A stretch of 64,000 nucleotides of DNA from Octopus bimaculoides (lineage: Eukaryota). Shown in pieces: positions 13,301-27,840 of the stretch. Each line of letters begins with the position of its first letter. The first letter of the stretch is position 1. The translations under genes were made by a program, and so were the position numbers. The DNA lies in assembly GCF_001194135.2 (NCBI RefSeq), contig NC_068982.1, forward strand, positions 51,371,886-51,435,885. Direction: 5' to 3'. A model generated the notes under the pieces. That model was given only the letters and a program-made list of their open reading frames with translations, ran no database searches and was not told where the DNA came from.

Positions 13301-16300
13301 AAAAAAAAAAAAATAAATAAAATAACAGCAGGTCCCAACAGATCCAAAATAACAGCAAGTTCCAACAGATATTCCAAACATTGCATTTCAATGTAATAGA
13401 AAAAGATATCACTAAATTTATTGTCAAGTTCCAATTCTTCAAATATTTTCCTAAAATGTCAATAGTGAAAAAAAATCAAAATTTGTTCAGTCTCTGTTAA
13501 ACATGTTTTTGATGTCAACATGAATTTATTTTTAATACCAATCAATCCAATATCAAAAGAAACAATGAACAGATAGTGTAAGTTGTGTGTTGTCCTAAAG
13601 CTGAATGCAAGGGAATTCTTAAATTCTACCCCACCTGAGACTACCCCTATGATACAAATTTTCTGTTTTAAAATGATCTAAGGTGAAGCCCTTCAGCAAA
13701 ATTTCATCCAAACATCAGCATAATAATGACAAAGTTATTTTGAGAAATTCTTCATTATTTTAAAAATTAATATTCAATAAAGGCGGTGTACCTCAACACA
13801 AATATTATAATAAAATGCTCTAGTTATTTTGTATTTTGCTAGCAGCATTAGCACTGGCTTGCGAGATATGCATTTCTGGAGTGTGACATGAAACTGGTGT
13901 TCCTCCTTTTTTGTTTTTCAATCAATCATTACAATAACTCTTGCTATGGGCATTTAATACAAGTGATATTTCCATGATCTAGCAAATTGTTTTAGTTGTT
14001 TTTTAGTTTCTGTACTAAACACTGTCAATCTACTGGATATTTAGTAACAGTTAACTTGTTAGTCCTTAATTCTGATTTAGGTGGTTAATCATACAAAATG
14101 TTTATGGAATTTGTTTCATACTGGCATTTCATGTAACTATGCATTGGCTGAGTGAGTGACACAGGGTAGATAAGGCACAAAGCTTTACCTCCTTCAATGA
14201 CAGATACAAAATCTTCTGCGTACTCAGGCTTGAATTCATGCAATGTTTCCTCCATGAATGCACAGCATGCAATGCATGCTTAAGGTGATATACATGAATG
14301 CAAATAACAAACCAGATTTTAATATAAATCCTTTATTTTTTATGCAAGACAACTGAAAAGATACATATGTGTTATATGTGTTCTGCTTCAATTGTACTTT
14401 TTTTTCCATGCTGGCATGGGTTGGGTGGTTTACCTGGATCTGGTAAACCACACAGCTGTGCCAAGCTCCTGTGTCAGCTTTGGTAGGTTTTCTATGGTTT
14501 GATGCCCTATTTAATACCAACCACCTTAGAGTGTGTATTGGGTGCTTTTCTCATGCTAAAAGCACTAGTGAGATAGCCAGCTAAGTTGCAAGACAGAAAA
14601 GAATAGGAAAGACAAAATCCCCCCCCCACCTCCACCCCCACCCTGATGAGTCATGGTGGGGGAGCATTAGGAAGGAGGAAGTGGTTTTATACAAGGCGTT
14701 GAAAGATTAAAGTATGACAGAGGGACAAGAATAGGTGTCTGCTATAGATAAGATACATTGCTACCCCACATTATAAAGGGGAAGGGGAGATACATGGCCA
14801 CCCCACTTTATAAGATTGAGTAGTAGTAATTGGGAAGTTGAAGACAGAAGAAATATCATAGTGGTGGAGTGCCAGAGCAAACTCTCAGTCAGCAAAGCAG
14901 AGTACTCCCATATTTCACTATTCTGTAGCTTTCTAACTTCCTAAAGTTCTAATGTTATTTTGAGTTTATAAATGCCTAAGAAAAGGAAAGTGGGAGGAGT
15001 AGTTAAGCAAACTGATCCAAGTTAAGTTTAATGAAGTAAACAGTTAAGTGAGTAGATGACTACATGTATACCATTTGCTGAGTGGACCTTGGCTGCTATG
15101 AGCAACTACATGCAGGCTGTTGTTGAATTCCAGTTAGCCCTGATCAAACAAACCTTTTATGATCAAAAGATTTCAGCCATGACCATCCATCTTTTTCTTA
15201 TGTGAAAGACACCCGTGACCACATTATCTGACATCATTCTCTAAGACAGAAAGATGTGATTTAAAAAGGATTCGATTGTTATTTCTAGTAAGTGGAGTGA
15301 TCATATGCAGCAGTGTGTCTTAACCTGGGTAGAAGTGTTCTCTAGTAAGTGTTGTAATGCACAAGAAAATGGTTAATATCAACAGGGCACTCTACCTTGG
15401 TTGTGAATAGAATATAAATAAAACATTGTATTATCAGTGACAGAACAAAATAAACAACTCTATCTTTGAAAAGAAATAAAACTGCTGGTAATATTTTCTT
15501 TCACATACTTGGCTGAGAAAGGGTTGAGCATAGGTAGTAGTACAACTGTTAGCTAAACAGTGTAATAGATTATGAAACTGTAAAAGAAGAGACTTCTGGC
15601 TCTGTTCAGCACAGAGCCTAAAGTCTCCCCATTTACAGTTTTGAACCTGGTAGTTTTAACTCTTAAAGTTTTGTAACTGTTGTAGAGTCCTGATAACTAC
15701 AATTCACATAGTACACATAACAATAATTCAGATTATGTTGTTGTTTGTGACCTAGAACAGGAATTATGCTCTCTTCCATGTGGGCCACAAAATTTAACTA
15801 CACTTTAGAAAGAACTTACAGTCAAAAGACTTCCTGTTTGCAAAATGTGTTTATTTTTTGTTCTGTTGATTGAACTTCTTTGGATTTCTATTTTTCTTCC
15901 TTCTATTTTTAGAGAAAGAGGGCTTGGAATTGGCAAAAATAATTAGAGTGATATTTCAGCATCATTTGTAAACACCAACAATCTAAGTGATATCGGAGAT
16001 TTATGGATTCTGAACAGGAGTAAAGTTATCACAAAGTTGATCATAATGTTTTGGAATGCTTTTTCTCAAGGGAGTTACAGAGACTACTGGAACACAGATT
16101 CAGCTGAGATAAGACAATGTCCAGGAACTGATATCTTGTAAATATATATGAAAACACCTACATGTAATGGACTTACCAATATTCAACCTACCTTGGTAGA
16201 GGAAAATGACATGACAACATATAAAGATCAACAGGTAAAGAACAAAAAAAAACATCCACGATATACACACTTATTATATTGTATTGAGAAGTTTGAGTCA

Positions 16301-16577
16301 AATTCATGCAACTGTTACATTTTTATGATTTTGATACTGTGCATCAAAATCATCATCAAAATCTCTTGTTTTTTACAGGATTGGGAGATTTATGAAGAAA
16401 AAGTACTACAGGGATAGAAGTTAAATTAGCAAAATTTCATCAAACATAAAGCAGTAATTAGTTATATTTCAAGTATCAGCTATTTCATTTGGAACATAAT
16501 AATCTGTCCAATATCTTAGTTTACTTCTTTTCCTTATTTCATTTTGCCTTCCTGGCACTTGTGCCTCAGCTTCGCGT

Positions 16578-16910
16578 TCCTGGCACTTGTGCCGGTGGCA
16601 TGTGCAAAGTCATTCGAGCGAGATCGTTGCCAGTGCTGCTGGACTGGCTCCTGGGCAGGTGGCACGTAAAAAACATCATTTTGAGCGTGGCCGTTGCCAG
16701 TACTGCGTGACTGGCCCTCGTGCCGGTGCACATAAAAGCACCCACTACACTCTCAGAGTGGTTGGCATTAGGAAGGGCATCCAACTGTCGAAACTCTGCC
16801 AGATCAGATTGGAGCCTGGTGCAACCATCCAGTTCACCAGTCCTCAGTCAAATCATCCAACCCATGCTAGCATGGAAAGCGGATGTTAAATGATGATGAT
16901 GATGATGATG
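16578..16910 (+). mobile_element. RTE LINE 3' UTR fragment ending (GAT)n
   Basis: Highly similar by eye to 43010-43287. TTCCTGGCACTTGTGCC is duplicated at its 5' junction. Confidence 0.85.
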
Positions 16911-18089
16911 ACATACACAGCCACTACAGACATCATTGTATGTCATGATGTTTTATAATGTGATATCCAAATTCCTTATTAGGATTAGAGCATCTTTGCT
17001 ACTTATCTATCAGGTGCTTTTCACAAAGCCTAATAGAATTGATCCTTCTACTTACCTGCTATTGTTACAAGACAGGCATGCACAGAAAATATAGTAGTTA
17101 TCACCAGCCTAAGCTTAATAATTACTGCTAGGAAATCTATGGTGATTAATTGCATACAATTAAACTGTGTAACAAAGGTTTTTGTCCTTGGGTAGCAACT
17201 GTTAGTTTCTATTTGCTTAGCCTCAGAAAGTATGAAAAATGGCTAATATTTCCTTCAAACATTGCTTTTGTTACATTTATTCAAACCCTAAAGAATCCCT
17301 CTCAAAATATGGATATGAAGCTCCCCAACTACTTTTACTTGTGATCAGAAATGCACATGTTGTCAGTTACTAAGGTACATGCTCAAGTGGTTACGGTCAA
17401 GCAACTGACAAGTAAATCTGTGGTATTGAGCAGAATATTTGCTTTAATGATATTTCTGCTTCAGCAACTCAGTGCTCAATTTGTCAGAAATGTAATGGAA
17501 AATAGGTAAGTTTCAAAACATTGATGTCCAAATCGCAAAAGCAAAGTTTGAAGGGAATAGTAGTCATTTCCTTTGATTTGTAGATAGATGCAAGTAGGAA
17601 ATAACACTTACTGACCAAAGACAAAAGTGGGGGTTACACAATGTTATTTGTATCACAAAAGATTTTATATTTGAAGGACAGCTATAATACTGATCAATAA
17701 TTAAATAATTTTTATGGTAAACTTTCTGCAATGAATGAACACATGCATATGCATGCATATGTGCGCACACACAAAGAGTTTTACACTTGAATTAATAGGA
17801 AGTACATGGAAAAGAGCATGAAAGGAATTTTAACACTTTGCTTATTAGTGGAAATTAAATATAAAGAAAAAATAACACCCCCGTGTATAGAGGCTGAAAT
17901 ACCAGACAAACTATTAATTTGCAGATGTTGACCCAGATGCAGAGTTTTCAGAAGTGCGAGGTGGGAATTAACGTGAATAATTACTAAGTTATAGTAATGA
18001 TAACTTTCTCATTTTTGCAAAACCAGCAGCTATTAGATATAAATATAATGCTCCCTTCCCTCTCAAAAATTCCTTGTCTTGCAAGATAC

Positions 18090-18398
18090 TTGGTGACCTT
18101 GCTGTTGAGGGTGCCATGTGAAAAGCATCCAATCCACATTGAGAAGTGGTTGGCATATGGAAGGGCATCCAGCTGTAAAAATTATGCCAAAACTAATCTC
18201 GCCTGTGCTGGTGCCACATAAAAAGCACTCAGTCCACCCTGCGGGGTGGTTGGTGTTAGGAAGGGCATCCAACCATAAAAACTATGCCAAAACAGGCACA
18301 GAAGCCTGAGGTAGTCTTCTACCTGGCCAGCTCCTGTCAAACTATCCAATCCATGCCAACATGGAAGGTGGACGTTAAACGATAATAATGATGATGAT
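18090..18398 (+). mobile_element. RTE-tail element with internal duplication of the GGTTGG...GGAAGGGCATCCA...ATGCCAAAAC module
   Basis: The module occurs at about 18148-18195 and again at 18246-18293. (GAT/AAT)n tail. Confidence 0.7.
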
Positions 18399-20620
18399 AA
18401 TATTTCTAATTTTGATTCCAAGTAGATGATTTGCTTCATCATTCAAAATTAGACTATCTCTATACTTCTCATAATTGATCATTATTTGTGAGTCTGATAA
18501 TCTTTTAGGAGCAAGAATCTGCAGAAAATAAATTACATTTATGTAGTGTACCTAAACAAAGACAGGTTAAACAAAATTTTTCCTCATGCTTTATCCATAG
18601 GAAAAAAAAAAAATCAGTATGGCAAGCAAAGTGTTCATCAATTATACAATGCTCCTGCTATTTACAATAACAAGTTATAGGGTCCTATGATACCTACTTA
18701 CAAGGTAGATCAGGTCAGTGTATGGGAAAATATCTCGTCAATGAATTCAATGTAGTGTTGGGTGCTTAAACCTATGTATGTGGGCCAAGTCCCTAATTTG
18801 AAAATGCCTGCCACCCTCCCTCCCATCAGTCTTGGAGGTCCTAAAAAATGGGTCATGTGCACTACTCTCCTTCCTGATTTAGCAACTAAACAAAACAAAA
18901 GAATATAAAGGAGCTTTTGTTATTACAAGCAAATATGGAAATCCATTGGGTTATTGATATAGTCACTTCAATCGTGGACTAAGAATGATTCATAAGCTAA
19001 CTAAAGTAGAGAGATAGGTAGAGCCATCAAATTTGTTCAGATCCTTCATCCATCTATCTTCTCTACCCACAATTCCTGGGATGGTTGTAGGAGCAGAGTC
19101 ACCAGGTACCTCCTCCATTAGGTCCTATTAAAGAATTATGTGCTAAATGATGCTTGAATTTTGAAATCTCTTTTCTCCAACAAAATCGCTATCACCATCA
19201 CCATCAGTGTTGTTATAATATGCTCATTATCCATTGGATGGGTTGCTATAGTCCAAGTCATTTCTTATTATGACTATTGCTCCCATTAACTGGTACATGT
19301 CATTTGGCTTGGTTTCTATGGCTTGATGTCCTTATCACCAACCAGAGTATACAGGGTGCATTTTCATGCGGCACCAACACTTGAAACATTAAATAGTTTA
19401 CAGCAAGACAAGACTATACTTGTATTAAAACTCTGAAAAGAGCTGGTTATTTCATTTGTATTTTATGACTAAATCCTACTGAGATGAACTTTGCTTTTCA
19501 TCATTCTGAGGTTGATAAAATAAAGTACTGGTCAAGTACTAGGGTCAAATGTAATATTCTTTTTCTATTAGAGAAAAGAAGTTTTGAAATTCTAGCTTCA
19601 TTTAGTTCATGATATTTTAATAAAAGTACTAATATATCTGAAGAAACTATCAATATTTATATGATTTGCATGTAAAATGATCTGAAAAACATAGCCAGTC
19701 AATAATGAAAGGCAAACAATTTAAAATGTATAGGATCTGAACAAGTCATATGACTACTTGTGTCTCTGTACTTAACTGAAAATATCTTTTCTTATCTACA
19801 GATGAAGTGATTATATCAATAAATCTCTTAATTCAAAAATTTATACAACTGAATTTGAAAAAGTATTAGACTCTTAATGCAGAGTGAAAATAAAGTTCAT
19901 CTTTGCAATAATGACGTCCCAGGTTCAATCCCAATATATGGCATCTTGAGCAGAGATCTTTACTATAAACTCAAGATTGAAGTTGGATAGAACAGAAACT
20001 ATGTAGAAGACCACCAGATTGATTGTGCTTGTAATTCAAAGGTACAGCTTTGTCTCGTATTGTTTTACACTGATTTGGCCTATGGGCTAAGAAGACACTT
20101 TCTGCAGAATATTCAGTCATATATTAATTTAAATGAAAAAATAGATCAGTTCATTGAACAACTGAATGTTCATTGTTGAAACTGACAAAGGATACATTAC
20201 TATAGCAACAAGAAAAAACAGTACTAGGTAAATCATGCTTAGGTTTTATTAAGTAGCAAATTATTCTCTGACTTGAAAACCAGAAACATGGTGAACAATA
20301 ATTGTGAAATCACAAAGTACACAAGGGCATGTTAAATACAGTTGAGTAATTGTTTGATATGGAACAGTTGTGATAAATAGATTTAGTTACGTGGGTGAGT
20401 GCAATACAAAATCAATGATAATTAAGGAAAATTTGAATTTCCTCTTGCAATTGTAACAACAAAAGCAGTTATAATAATCTGTGACCTTTTTAGGAGAATA
20501 TTTTTAATCAAAATACTAATGAACAGTTTTAGGGAGTGGTGCTGACATATTAGAAACACCTCAATACAGACTAGTAATAACACTTGCTTCCATTGGAACA
20601 AATTTTTTTAGTTACATTTA

Positions 20621-21075
20621 CAGGGTATACCCCCAAAATTGGCATCATCTGTAATGTGAATATCCGAGTAACTACATGTCCAAGGCAAACAAAATCATGC
20701 ACACCACCTGTGACATGGCACATGTCAAGTAAGTAGTCCAGCTCCTTCCAAACATGTTGTAGCATGTCATTGTGTAACATTCTCCAGCACCTCAGTGATT
20801 ATCTGCTTGAGTTCCTCTAGGCTTATAGGAAGAGGGGGATACAGACCAATCCTTCCACATAGCCCCATAGAAAAAAAAATCACAAGGTGTCAAGTCAGGT
20901 GAACATGGTGGTCATTTCAACAGTACATTGTCATTATCACTGGCATGCCAGATCAAAACTTAGTTTTTACACATTTTTCTAAAATTTAAAGTCATTTGAG
21001 CGAGAATTGGCTACATTACCTGACTGCGAAATGATGTCAAATTTTTTTTGGGGGGTGGGGTGGGGGGACACCCTG
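20621..21075 (-). mobile_element. Internally deleted Tc1/mariner element
   Basis: TA|CAGGGTATACCCCC...GGGGGGACACCCTG|TA termini. Minus strand encodes (W to stop)PPCSPDLTPCDFF..WGYV and DMLQHVWKELDYLLDMCHVTGG, the mariner C-terminus. Confidence 0.85.
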
Positions 21076-21479
21076 TATATCATCGTCTAAATGTCCATTT
21101 TCCATGCTTGCATGGGCCAGACAGATTTGTTGTGACAGATTTTCTATGGCCACGTGCTCTTCCTACCACCAACACTCACTTGTTTTGAAGGTAATATTTC
21201 CTCATGTTGTCATGGACATTTCACCATACAGCTACATCTATGGACATATGTGTATGTGTATACACACACATGCAAACAGATGTTATATCAATGGCATTTA
21301 GACATAGATTTAAATATAAAACGCAACTTCTCTAATCCCTGCCACCAAAATTAATCCTAGTAGAAGACATGAAAGGATCTCAGGAAGAACATAATGTAAT
21401 GCAGAAAAATCCAACTCAAAGATATATGTTCTAAAAGCTCAGCCTTCAAGATGTTAGTTAATCCAACATTTGCATACTA

Positions 21480-21900
21480 GCATATAGAGCACATGCTCTA
21501 GAGCCTCCATTGGTTGTTGTCTTGATTATTTTCCCAGTGCCTGTTAAGAGACCTCAGATTTTAAGTGGCTAACAGTATTTTTTTTTTTGTCTTCTCTTTC
21601 ATCTTACTAGTGTCCATCTTAATTTTGTTTCTGCATACTGATTATCTGGTTGTTGTAGAACATGACAGGCCAAATACATTCTTTGTACATTTACCAGGTC
21701 TTGAAGTCTTCATGATAATAGTCTTCTTAAAACTTCATTTCTATGAATTTTCCTTTAAGACTTTTATTAAGACAGTCAACTCTTTGACGGTTTTGTTTTC
21801 TTCCTTCTTTCACTTGCACATAGCATTGTTGATAGTTTGATGGTATTGTATATGTAGATTTTGAAAGTTAGTGTCCAGTGTATTCATGGACAAAACACTA
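21480..21900 (-). mobile_element. Degenerate RTE LINE 3' fragment
   Basis: IYNTIKLSTMLCASE...RNEVLRR...LACHVLQ resembles the post-RT region of RTE. Confidence 0.55.
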
Positions 21901-22544
21901 CCAAGGTATGTGAATTAACTCATATGAGAAGTGAATAAACACTGACAGAAAACCACATTAATTCATGAAAAATTTAACATGAAAATTCATCAAAACTATA
22001 AAGGAAATCACACAAATTATTTTAAAATGTGCAGAGCTATTACCAATCAAGACAAGAGAATTTAGTGTTAGAGTCTAGCAAAAACACAACATGAAGCATT
22101 TTAATTGGTAATAAAATACCTCAGGAACTGGTACAATCCAAAAATCTTTCAAGACAATTCATTATTTGTTTTCTTTTGTAGTTTTGAAATAATATCCAGA
22201 AATAATTTACTGGTGTTACTATTTCTGTGTCTATCAAAAGAAACATAATTTTTCTGGTATTTAATCAATTGGGATCATATCGTTGTAGTTCTAGCACCGC
22301 TATGTTTTTTTGGGAACAGATATTTGAGAATACCAAACTGAAGTTTACTATTACAATTATCATTATTTGTATTTATTTGCAAGGATAAAACTAAATCCAT
22401 TGTGACTCTTCCATATTATAAAGGTCTGGCTGAGAATATACAACATACAACAAACATGTAGCGAATATAACATCAGAACAGTGTTTAGCTGTAATATGAC
22501 ACTCTATAGTTGTTTTATCAAATTTAAATTTATACAAGAAAAGG

Positions 22545-22950
22545 CTGCAGGCATGGATGTGTAGTTAAAAAGTTCACCTCATAACTACATGGTTCTAGGT
22601 AGAGTCCCTAAGTGTGGCACTTTAGGTAGATGCCTTTTACTATAACACTATAAATCAATGCCTTATGAGTGAATTTAGTAGATGGAAACAGTGTGGAAGC
22701 TCACTGCACATGTACGTGGTAAGTTGGGGGGGGGGAGTTCATTTGTGCACAAGCCTTTGTCTCTCAACACTAAACAACCAGTGTTGGTTTGCTTACATCC
22801 CCATAACTTGGCAGGTCAGCAAAAGGAGGTCACTAGAATAAGTATCTGACTTTAATAAGTAAGCACTGGGGTTGATCTGATTGACTAAACCTACCAAGAC
22901 AGTATGTTAGCATGGCCTTTGTTCAAAAGTTGAAACCACTAAAAGAGTAA
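22545..22950 (+). mobile_element. Degraded composite tRNA-SINE
   Basis: GCAGGCATGGATGTGTAGTTAAAAAG...GAATTTAGTAGATGGAAAC...AGCACTGGGGTTGATCTGATTGACTAAACC. Confidence 0.7.
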
Positions 22951-25874
22951 ACAATGTCCCATGCACTTATAGCAGAGAAACAATAGTGGAAAGTTCAAAA
23001 TACAAGAGAAGTCAGCTACTACAGAACATATGTTATAAAAAGTGTAATAATATACTGAAAATAATGTTTCCATTATAGGGAAAGAAACAGTGGAAACTAG
23101 AGAAAATAAAAGAAGCAGTGCATACAGTGTTTTGAGAAGATAATCAGTAAATATAGCACTGAATTTAGCCTAATATGGCTGATATTACCAAAAATATGTG
23201 TCTAAATATAATTTAAATCGACATAACTATACCATGGGGACTACAGTTTAGTGGATAAGAGCATAGAACTCTATATTTGAAATAAAGGCTCAAGAATCTC
23301 CAACCCAAATTCAAGCACATATCAACAAACATGGTAAATATGGAATCTGATGTCAGACGGAGATCAAAATGGTTCATTAAGACAGTTAAATCAGTGAAAG
23401 GAATTGAATATTTATAGATATAAATTGAACTGCATTCACTAAATAAGATACTCATTACAAAGAGATTATCTTCAATTCAATGAGCTAAATCGACAGATCT
23501 AATGCTATAATGTCTATTTCCTGTTAACATCAGCATTGAAAGGCTTCTAATGTATCATAATCATAATAAACATTGGCAATTTAGTTTGTATCTAATACAT
23601 GCTTAAACAAACAAGTAGGAGGAGGAAAAGATTGTGTGACATTTTAGACAAAATAAAAATATTTTAGATAAAATAGAATAAACAAACACGATACGACTCT
23701 AAAGCAAACATTCATCTCTGAATGAGGTATCCTGAAAATATGGGTTGTTTTCTTATAAAGTTTTAAAATATTGTTAGGTCAATTACTTTTTCACAAGAGA
23801 GAGAGATATGAACAAAACCATAACTTGGGGATTTANNNNNNNNNNNNNNNNNNNNNNNNNNNNNNNNNNNNNNNNNNNNNNNNNNNGCAACTTTATTTTC
23901 CTATGTCAAACACATATGAGGCACATATTTGAAGCACAAAAGAAGACAAATATAGCAAATCATTCAGATATTTAGTCGCATAGGCAGACGTAGCCATGCA
24001 GTAAGAAGTTTGCTTCCCAGAACCATTGTTCTGGGTTAAATTCTACTGTATGTCATTTTGGGCAAATGTATTCTGCCATAGCACCAGCCAACCAGAGCCT
24101 AGTAAGTGGATTTGGTAGATGGAAACTGAAATAAGCCCATCATATATATATGTGTGTGTATATACATACATATACGCACATGCATGTATGTGTGTGTGTG
24201 AATGTACATGTGTTACTGAATTCACCAAGTAAGTGGTGTCCTTTGCTCCTAATTTTCCATTAAAACAGATGAGGTTTGGCAACAGGCAGGGCACCTGGCT
24301 GGAGAAAATCAGACTCAACAAAATTCTGCCTGATTTATGCAAGCAAGCATGGAAACATAGGTATTTAAATGATGTTGATAACATTCACACATTTACACAG
24401 AAAAGAATTATCACAAGAGCAATGCTTCAAATCAATAACTATACATGATTTTTTTCCACAGCAAATTGTGATTTGTCATCAAACTTCTTTTACACAGCTG
24501 AACTGCTTTTTCCATGCCACCCCAATCCATTAATTCAGACTTTCAGGGCAAAGGATAGAGTCAAAAATCTCCAAGTCAACAAATTCAAAATAAAGCTGTT
24601 CGTAACTGTCCAAATACTTCTCTTACAATTTAATGTCCGTTTTCCATGCTGGATGGGTTGGATGGTGTGACTGGGGACTGGCAAGCCAGTAGGCTGCACC
24701 AGGCTCCAATGATTTCAGTTATCAGACATTCTGAAACATTAAATTACATTCCATTCTGCATTCATCTTTTGCTCCCCCATCCCTGTCTGCTTTCTCCACA
24801 GCTTCTCTGCTGCCTCAATGAACTCTCATCTCCTCTTTGGTTCACACCCGAAATCCCTCAATGATTCTCATCCCACAGCTTCTCTGGTTCCTTGCCACCC
24901 TCATCTCTTTCACTCTTTCCTCTTCCCTTTCTGCCCATATTCACCTTTATAAAGTTGGATAATACTGGATGCTCTCAACACAGCTCATCCCATCTCCATT
25001 AATATTCTGTCATTCTCTTATTCTCACTAACCCTAATCCTTTTTTTTCTTTCTCTTCCATACTTTAAAGTGTCTATCCTGTTCTCAATATACTTCAATCC
25101 TCTCTCATCACCTTGCCTAATGTTGACACCTATTTTCATTTCAGTCATGAAGGTTGTTTACTCTTGCAAGTTACAAGTCAATGTCATTAGTGCTGGTGCC
25201 TTGAAAAGCACCCAGTACACTCTGTAAAGTGGTTGGCCTTAAGAAGGACATCCAGCCATAGAAACCATGCCGAAAGTGAGAGAGATGAGTAAGAAGTGAT
25301 CCTCTGATTTGTGGTATACCGTCCAACTGGCTAATTCTTGTCAACATGGAACCTGAACATAAAATGCTGATGAATGGTTAGCTGAAAATCTAATGTCACC
25401 ATGGTTGTGAAGGCCAACATTCTGAGCTTTTATATCATCACTTCTTCCCATGTCCCTCTCTGCCACTTTATCATTGAATACTCAATAATCATTTGCATCA
25501 TGTCTATACCAATGCAGTTATTACTTCAAGACATATTGGCTAATATTTTTAATACCTAACTATTTTTCTAGCTCAATTGTGCTGCACCTTTAATGCAAAA
25601 TAACATCCTGCAACAGATGTAGCAGCTTGTGTACTATTCTTTTGAATAACCTGCACGTTTTATATATATTTCCATAGATATCTCATAGCAGGGATGCGTA
25701 AATTCTTACATTTAAATCTAAAGTTGATTAATCTCCTTTTAACTCAAAATAAAATACTGCAAGTATAAGACACATTTTATGTCGAAAATGACTGTAGTTG
25801 AATGACCACTGATAGAATTAAAATAAAGTCAATCTAATTGCCACATCAAACTTAGAAATATATTAAAAACTTAC

Positions 25875-25886
25875 TTGACACAGCTT
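25875..25886 (-). CDS. RPRD2: Candidate 12-nt microexon (phase 1 to 1): (E)AVS
   Basis: Minus strand reads atcaattttttacag|AAGCTGTGTCAA|gtaagt. Frame-preserving and open. Confidence 0.5.
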
Positions 25887-27791
25887 CTGTAAAAAATTGA
25901 TAAATTTTCATTTTTATTTTAAAGCCTCTTTTTAAAACTATAAGTCATTCTTTTAGATGTGTATCTGTATAAGTTGGATGGAACTGCAAATTTTAATATA
26001 TACATACACTGATGAACAAGAGAGGTGGGAGCTTATTACCCTTCAGAGTCCCTCAAAAATTTTCAACGAATTTTGATAAATTTTATTAAATATATTGTTT
26101 TCCTTAGTATTTTTTAATTACTTTATAAGTCTTCTTAAAAGCTATTCTCATGACAAAACCCACATCTTTAATCCCCAGTATGCATAATAGAGATTACCAT
26201 TGTTTAGCAGTAGAAACCTTGAAAGGCTACAATAAAAATAAATATCATATAAAATTAAAATGAAACTATATATTACCAAAAGTCCGTATTCACTAACAAT
26301 GCATTAAAACACACACACATGTGCGCGCACACATGCATGTACATGCTTTGAGTATTCAAGACAAACTTAAAGGCTGGTTACAATAACATTATCTTAATAT
26401 TTGAAGTCAACATTTAGAAATATTTTGTAACTGAATTGTTCTAAAACTGCCATGTTGAAGCTATCCTTGAACTATGGCCAAACCAGAACTCAAACAATCT
26501 TTTTGACAAGAGTGAAATGTTTAAATCAGAAACAATATGCTTTATATGTATATTTTAACTATGTCAGCAAAGCCGTCTATAATTTTAATGGAAAATTAAA
26601 CAAAACTGAAAGGGTTTTAATAATAATAATAACAACAGTCATTGTCATCATTTTACGCCCACCTTCCATGCTGGTGTCAGCTGAATAAGTCATGATGATC
26701 TGAGATCTTATTTCCATGCTCTCCTGGATGGGTCTACATCTTGCTTGTGCATTTCAATTTTGTCTTAACACCAACCATTTGCAAAGTGTACTGGGGGCAT
26801 TTTTTTCATGGCCCCCAGCACTGGAGAGGTTACCATGTCTTTGATTAGCCTTAGAGGTCCTCTAAACTCAAATTTATCATCGCACAAGCACTGATGAAGT
26901 TGCCTTGTATCCAATAAGACTGAAGAGGCCTTACTATTTTGTGAAGTGTTCATTTACTCAAGGCAACATGACTGAACAAGGTGAACAGAACAGAGAGTGA
27001 AGGTAGAAGAACCAAGATTGGTGGGCAAGGAGAATAAGAGAGTGATTGATGTGAAATAGTAGAGGTGGGGATGAGAAAGAGAGTGGTGGATAGCAACAGA
27101 GGTAGACAATGGATGACAGCAACAAAACTTAAAATAATCCCACTTAGTACCTAATAACTCACAATGAAAATTATGAGATACAAAAATCTTATACTTGATC
27201 ATAAACAATTACCAGAATCCCTTTGTTGAACAAACAATACAAATGCAATGAAATAATTAGCTAATTTTCAAAGCTTAGGACAGATTGCTTACAATGAATC
27301 CAAATCAAAGTATAGTAATTTTTCAAGATGACACATTCTAAATATTTCCCCAGATGTTCACCAAAGTATTCTCTACTTAAGAAATCCTCTATTTTTATGC
27401 CAATTATATTTATTTTCTAACACAGGTAAAGTTATGCTGTATGTTACACTGAACAGAATTTTGAAATGTAATATATCCTGAGTATTGAATCATAATATCT
27501 TGGAATACTGAAATATCTGTCCTCACAATTCCATTGAAGACCGTCAATCTTATCTGATATCATATTTTATAAATACAGCTTTACTAATCCTATGTGCTTT
27601 CAAGAAGGCTTACTAATTCTTTTTGACAAATTTAACAACCAGATTAGACAACTTTTATGAGATTATAATCTCAAATATTTGTAATAGAAACAAATTAACT
27701 GAAATATACACTGGTAAATTGAAAATAATACAAGCATGAAGCTAGACAGATATGTTTTAAGAATAATTACATACATGCAACCTCACTCTCT

Positions 27792-27840
<49 letters not shown>

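Noticed and set aside
15900-16420. Plus-strand acceptor and donor-like sites suggesting a nested antisense gene
   Set aside because: All three frames after the 15912 acceptor close quickly, and ORF 16148..16417 has no recognisable protein features.
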